This document shows positions 63,168 through 64,000 of a stretch of 64,000 nucleotides of DNA, piece after piece (within the stretch, counting starts at the first letter, position 1; each line of letters starts with the position of its first letter). Location of the stretch: contig OZ241993.1 of the NCBI GenBank assembly GCA_965204575.1, positions 1,040,586 to 1,104,585 of the forward strand, read 5' to 3'. The DNA is from an uncultured candidatus Porisulfidus sp. (GTDB lineage Bacteria > Pseudomonadota > Gammaproteobacteria > Poriferisulfidales > Poriferisulfidaceae). The notes below the pieces were generated by a model, which worked only from the letters and a program-made list of their open reading frames with translations, did no database searches and was not told the origin of the DNA. Both the position numbers and the translations under genes were made by a program.

Positions 63168-64000
63168 ATGACCGCTGAAGTCAGGCTTCAAACAGAAAAT
63201 ACGGCTCCATTATCAGCGGTGGATCAAACCCGTCTAGAAATATCAAAGCGCACCGACACGGAAAAGAAATCATGCCTTGGGCAGTTTCTAACACCTGCGA
63301 GCACGGCCACATTTATGGCAGGACTTTTCCCTCGATCTCAAGGGGAATGCCGCTTGCTTGACGCTGGAGCCGGAATTGGTTCTCTCTCAAGTGCGTTTTT
63401 GGAAAGGTGCGCAAATGGAGGAATGAAATTTGATGCAATCCGGATTACAGCATTTGAAATTGACCCTGCAATCCGGGATGAACTGCGGCGTTCTTTGTCC
63501 TACTACACCGGGAAGTGTCCTCTATCCTATGAAATCCTCAGCGAGGATTTCGTAGAAGAAGCAGTCAATTCGATCCAGTTTCAAAAATGCAATTTCACGC
63601 ACTCTATTCTGAATCCTCCCTACAAGAAAGTCCGCAGTAATTCCAGGTGCCGGGAACTTACGCGCCAAGTTGGGATTGAGACCGTCAACCTTTATTCCAC
63701 ATTCGTGGCCTTGGCCATCGCACTGACCCAACTGAATGGACAGGTTGTGGCAATTATCCCTCGCAGTTTCTGCAATGGGCCTTACTATCGCCCTTTCCGT
63801 GAATTCATTTTTGCCCACACTGCCATCCGGCATATACACCTATTCGCATCCCGAGACAGGGCTTTCAGGGATGATGATGTGCTTCAGGAGACGATCATTA
63901 TTCGGCTCGAACGAGGGGCCAAACAAGGGCCCGTAACGATTTCTACTTCAACCGACAACACTTTTGCTGACCTGACCGAACACACTTATCCGTTTGAGCA
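63168..64000 (+). CDS. Gamma-class N6-adenine DNA methyltransferase (Eco57I/N6_Mtase-like), 3' end outside the window
   Basis: Motif I LLDAGAGIGSL precedes motif IV ILNPPY. The frame is open from ATG 63168 to the window end. It is absent from the ORF track because it has no stop. Confidence 0.75.
   Translation, partial: MTAEVRLQTENTAPLSAVDQTRLEISKRTDTEKKSCLGQFLTPASTATFMAGLFPRSQGECRLLDAGAGIGSLSSAFLERCANGGMKFDAIRITAFEIDPAIRDELRRSLSYYTGKCPLSYEILSEDFVEEAVNSIQFQKCNFTHSILNPPYKKVRSNSRCRELTRQVGIETVNLYSTFVALAIALTQLNGQVVAIIPRSFCNGPYYRPFREFIFAHTAIRHIHLFASRDRAFRDDDVLQETIIIRLERGAKQGPVTISTSTDNTFADLTEHTYPFE

Overview
This is a GC-rich (about 65-70% GC) gammaproteobacterial chromosomal window. A conserved housekeeping backbone is interrupted by at least five lower-GC accessory insertions.

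Backbone, in order:
- clpB (3' part), then convergent proS.
- A HigA-like XRE regulator, a LysR regulator, an AI-2E transporter and bcp.
- dapA-bamC, folE2 (minus strand), and aceE-aceF-lpdA.
- The classic block thrS-infC-rpmI-rplT-pheS-pheT-ihfA plus a MerR regulator.
- tRNA-Pro(GGG), then lepB-rnc-era-recO.
- pdxJ-cysM and a PolB-like 3'-5' exonuclease.
- dapE, an arsC-family gene and dapD (minus strand), then glnD-map (minus strand).

Accessory insertions:
- (i) A ~1.25 kb islet between clpB and proS, flanked by ~100 bp direct repeats of the clpB/proS junction.
- (ii) A ~12.9 kb toxin-antitoxin-dense island between lpdA and thrS. It carries a large HelD-like helicase with a nuclease-like insert and three Zn ribbons, two HipBA and three VapBC modules, an orphan Xre-DUF2384 antitoxin, an IS1380-family transposase, a GIY-YIG/DUF4357 protein, and an internal duplicate of the thrS 5' end.
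- (iii) A ~4.2 kb insertion between recO and pdxJ, with a duplicated recO 3' end. It carries a small TM peptide gene, a Tag-like/HicB-like fusion, a decayed IS1595 transposase, and a beta-class DNA methyltransferase plus a candidate restriction endonuclease.
- (iv) A ~9.8 kb island between dapD and glnD, which in enterobacteria are adjacent as map-glnD-dapD.
- (v) A distal segment with an AbiEi-like protein, a vapBC module and a truncated gamma-class N6-adenine methyltransferase.

Island (iv) is the most striking system in the window. It encodes:
- Two tandem paralogous collagen-like (Gly-X-Y) proteins with YadA-like trimeric-autotransporter C-terminal anchors.
- A stand-alone 2OG-Fe(II) oxygenase homologous to the catalytic domain of animal lysyl hydroxylase (PLOD).
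- A fusion of a GT25 (collagen galactosyltransferase-like) domain with a PLOD-type glycosyltransferase domain.
- A GalE UDP-glucose 4-epimerase and a prolyl-4-hydroxylase-like oxygenase.
- A SecB-like chaperone and two small Cys-rich secreted proteins.
- Two long poly-C homopolymer tracts.

This looks like a dedicated collagen hydroxylation and Gal-Glc glycosylation pathway for bacterial surface collagen-like adhesins. No rRNA, CRISPR array or integrase gene was found. Many of the long ORFs in the six-frame track are antisense or out-of-frame artefacts of the high GC content.
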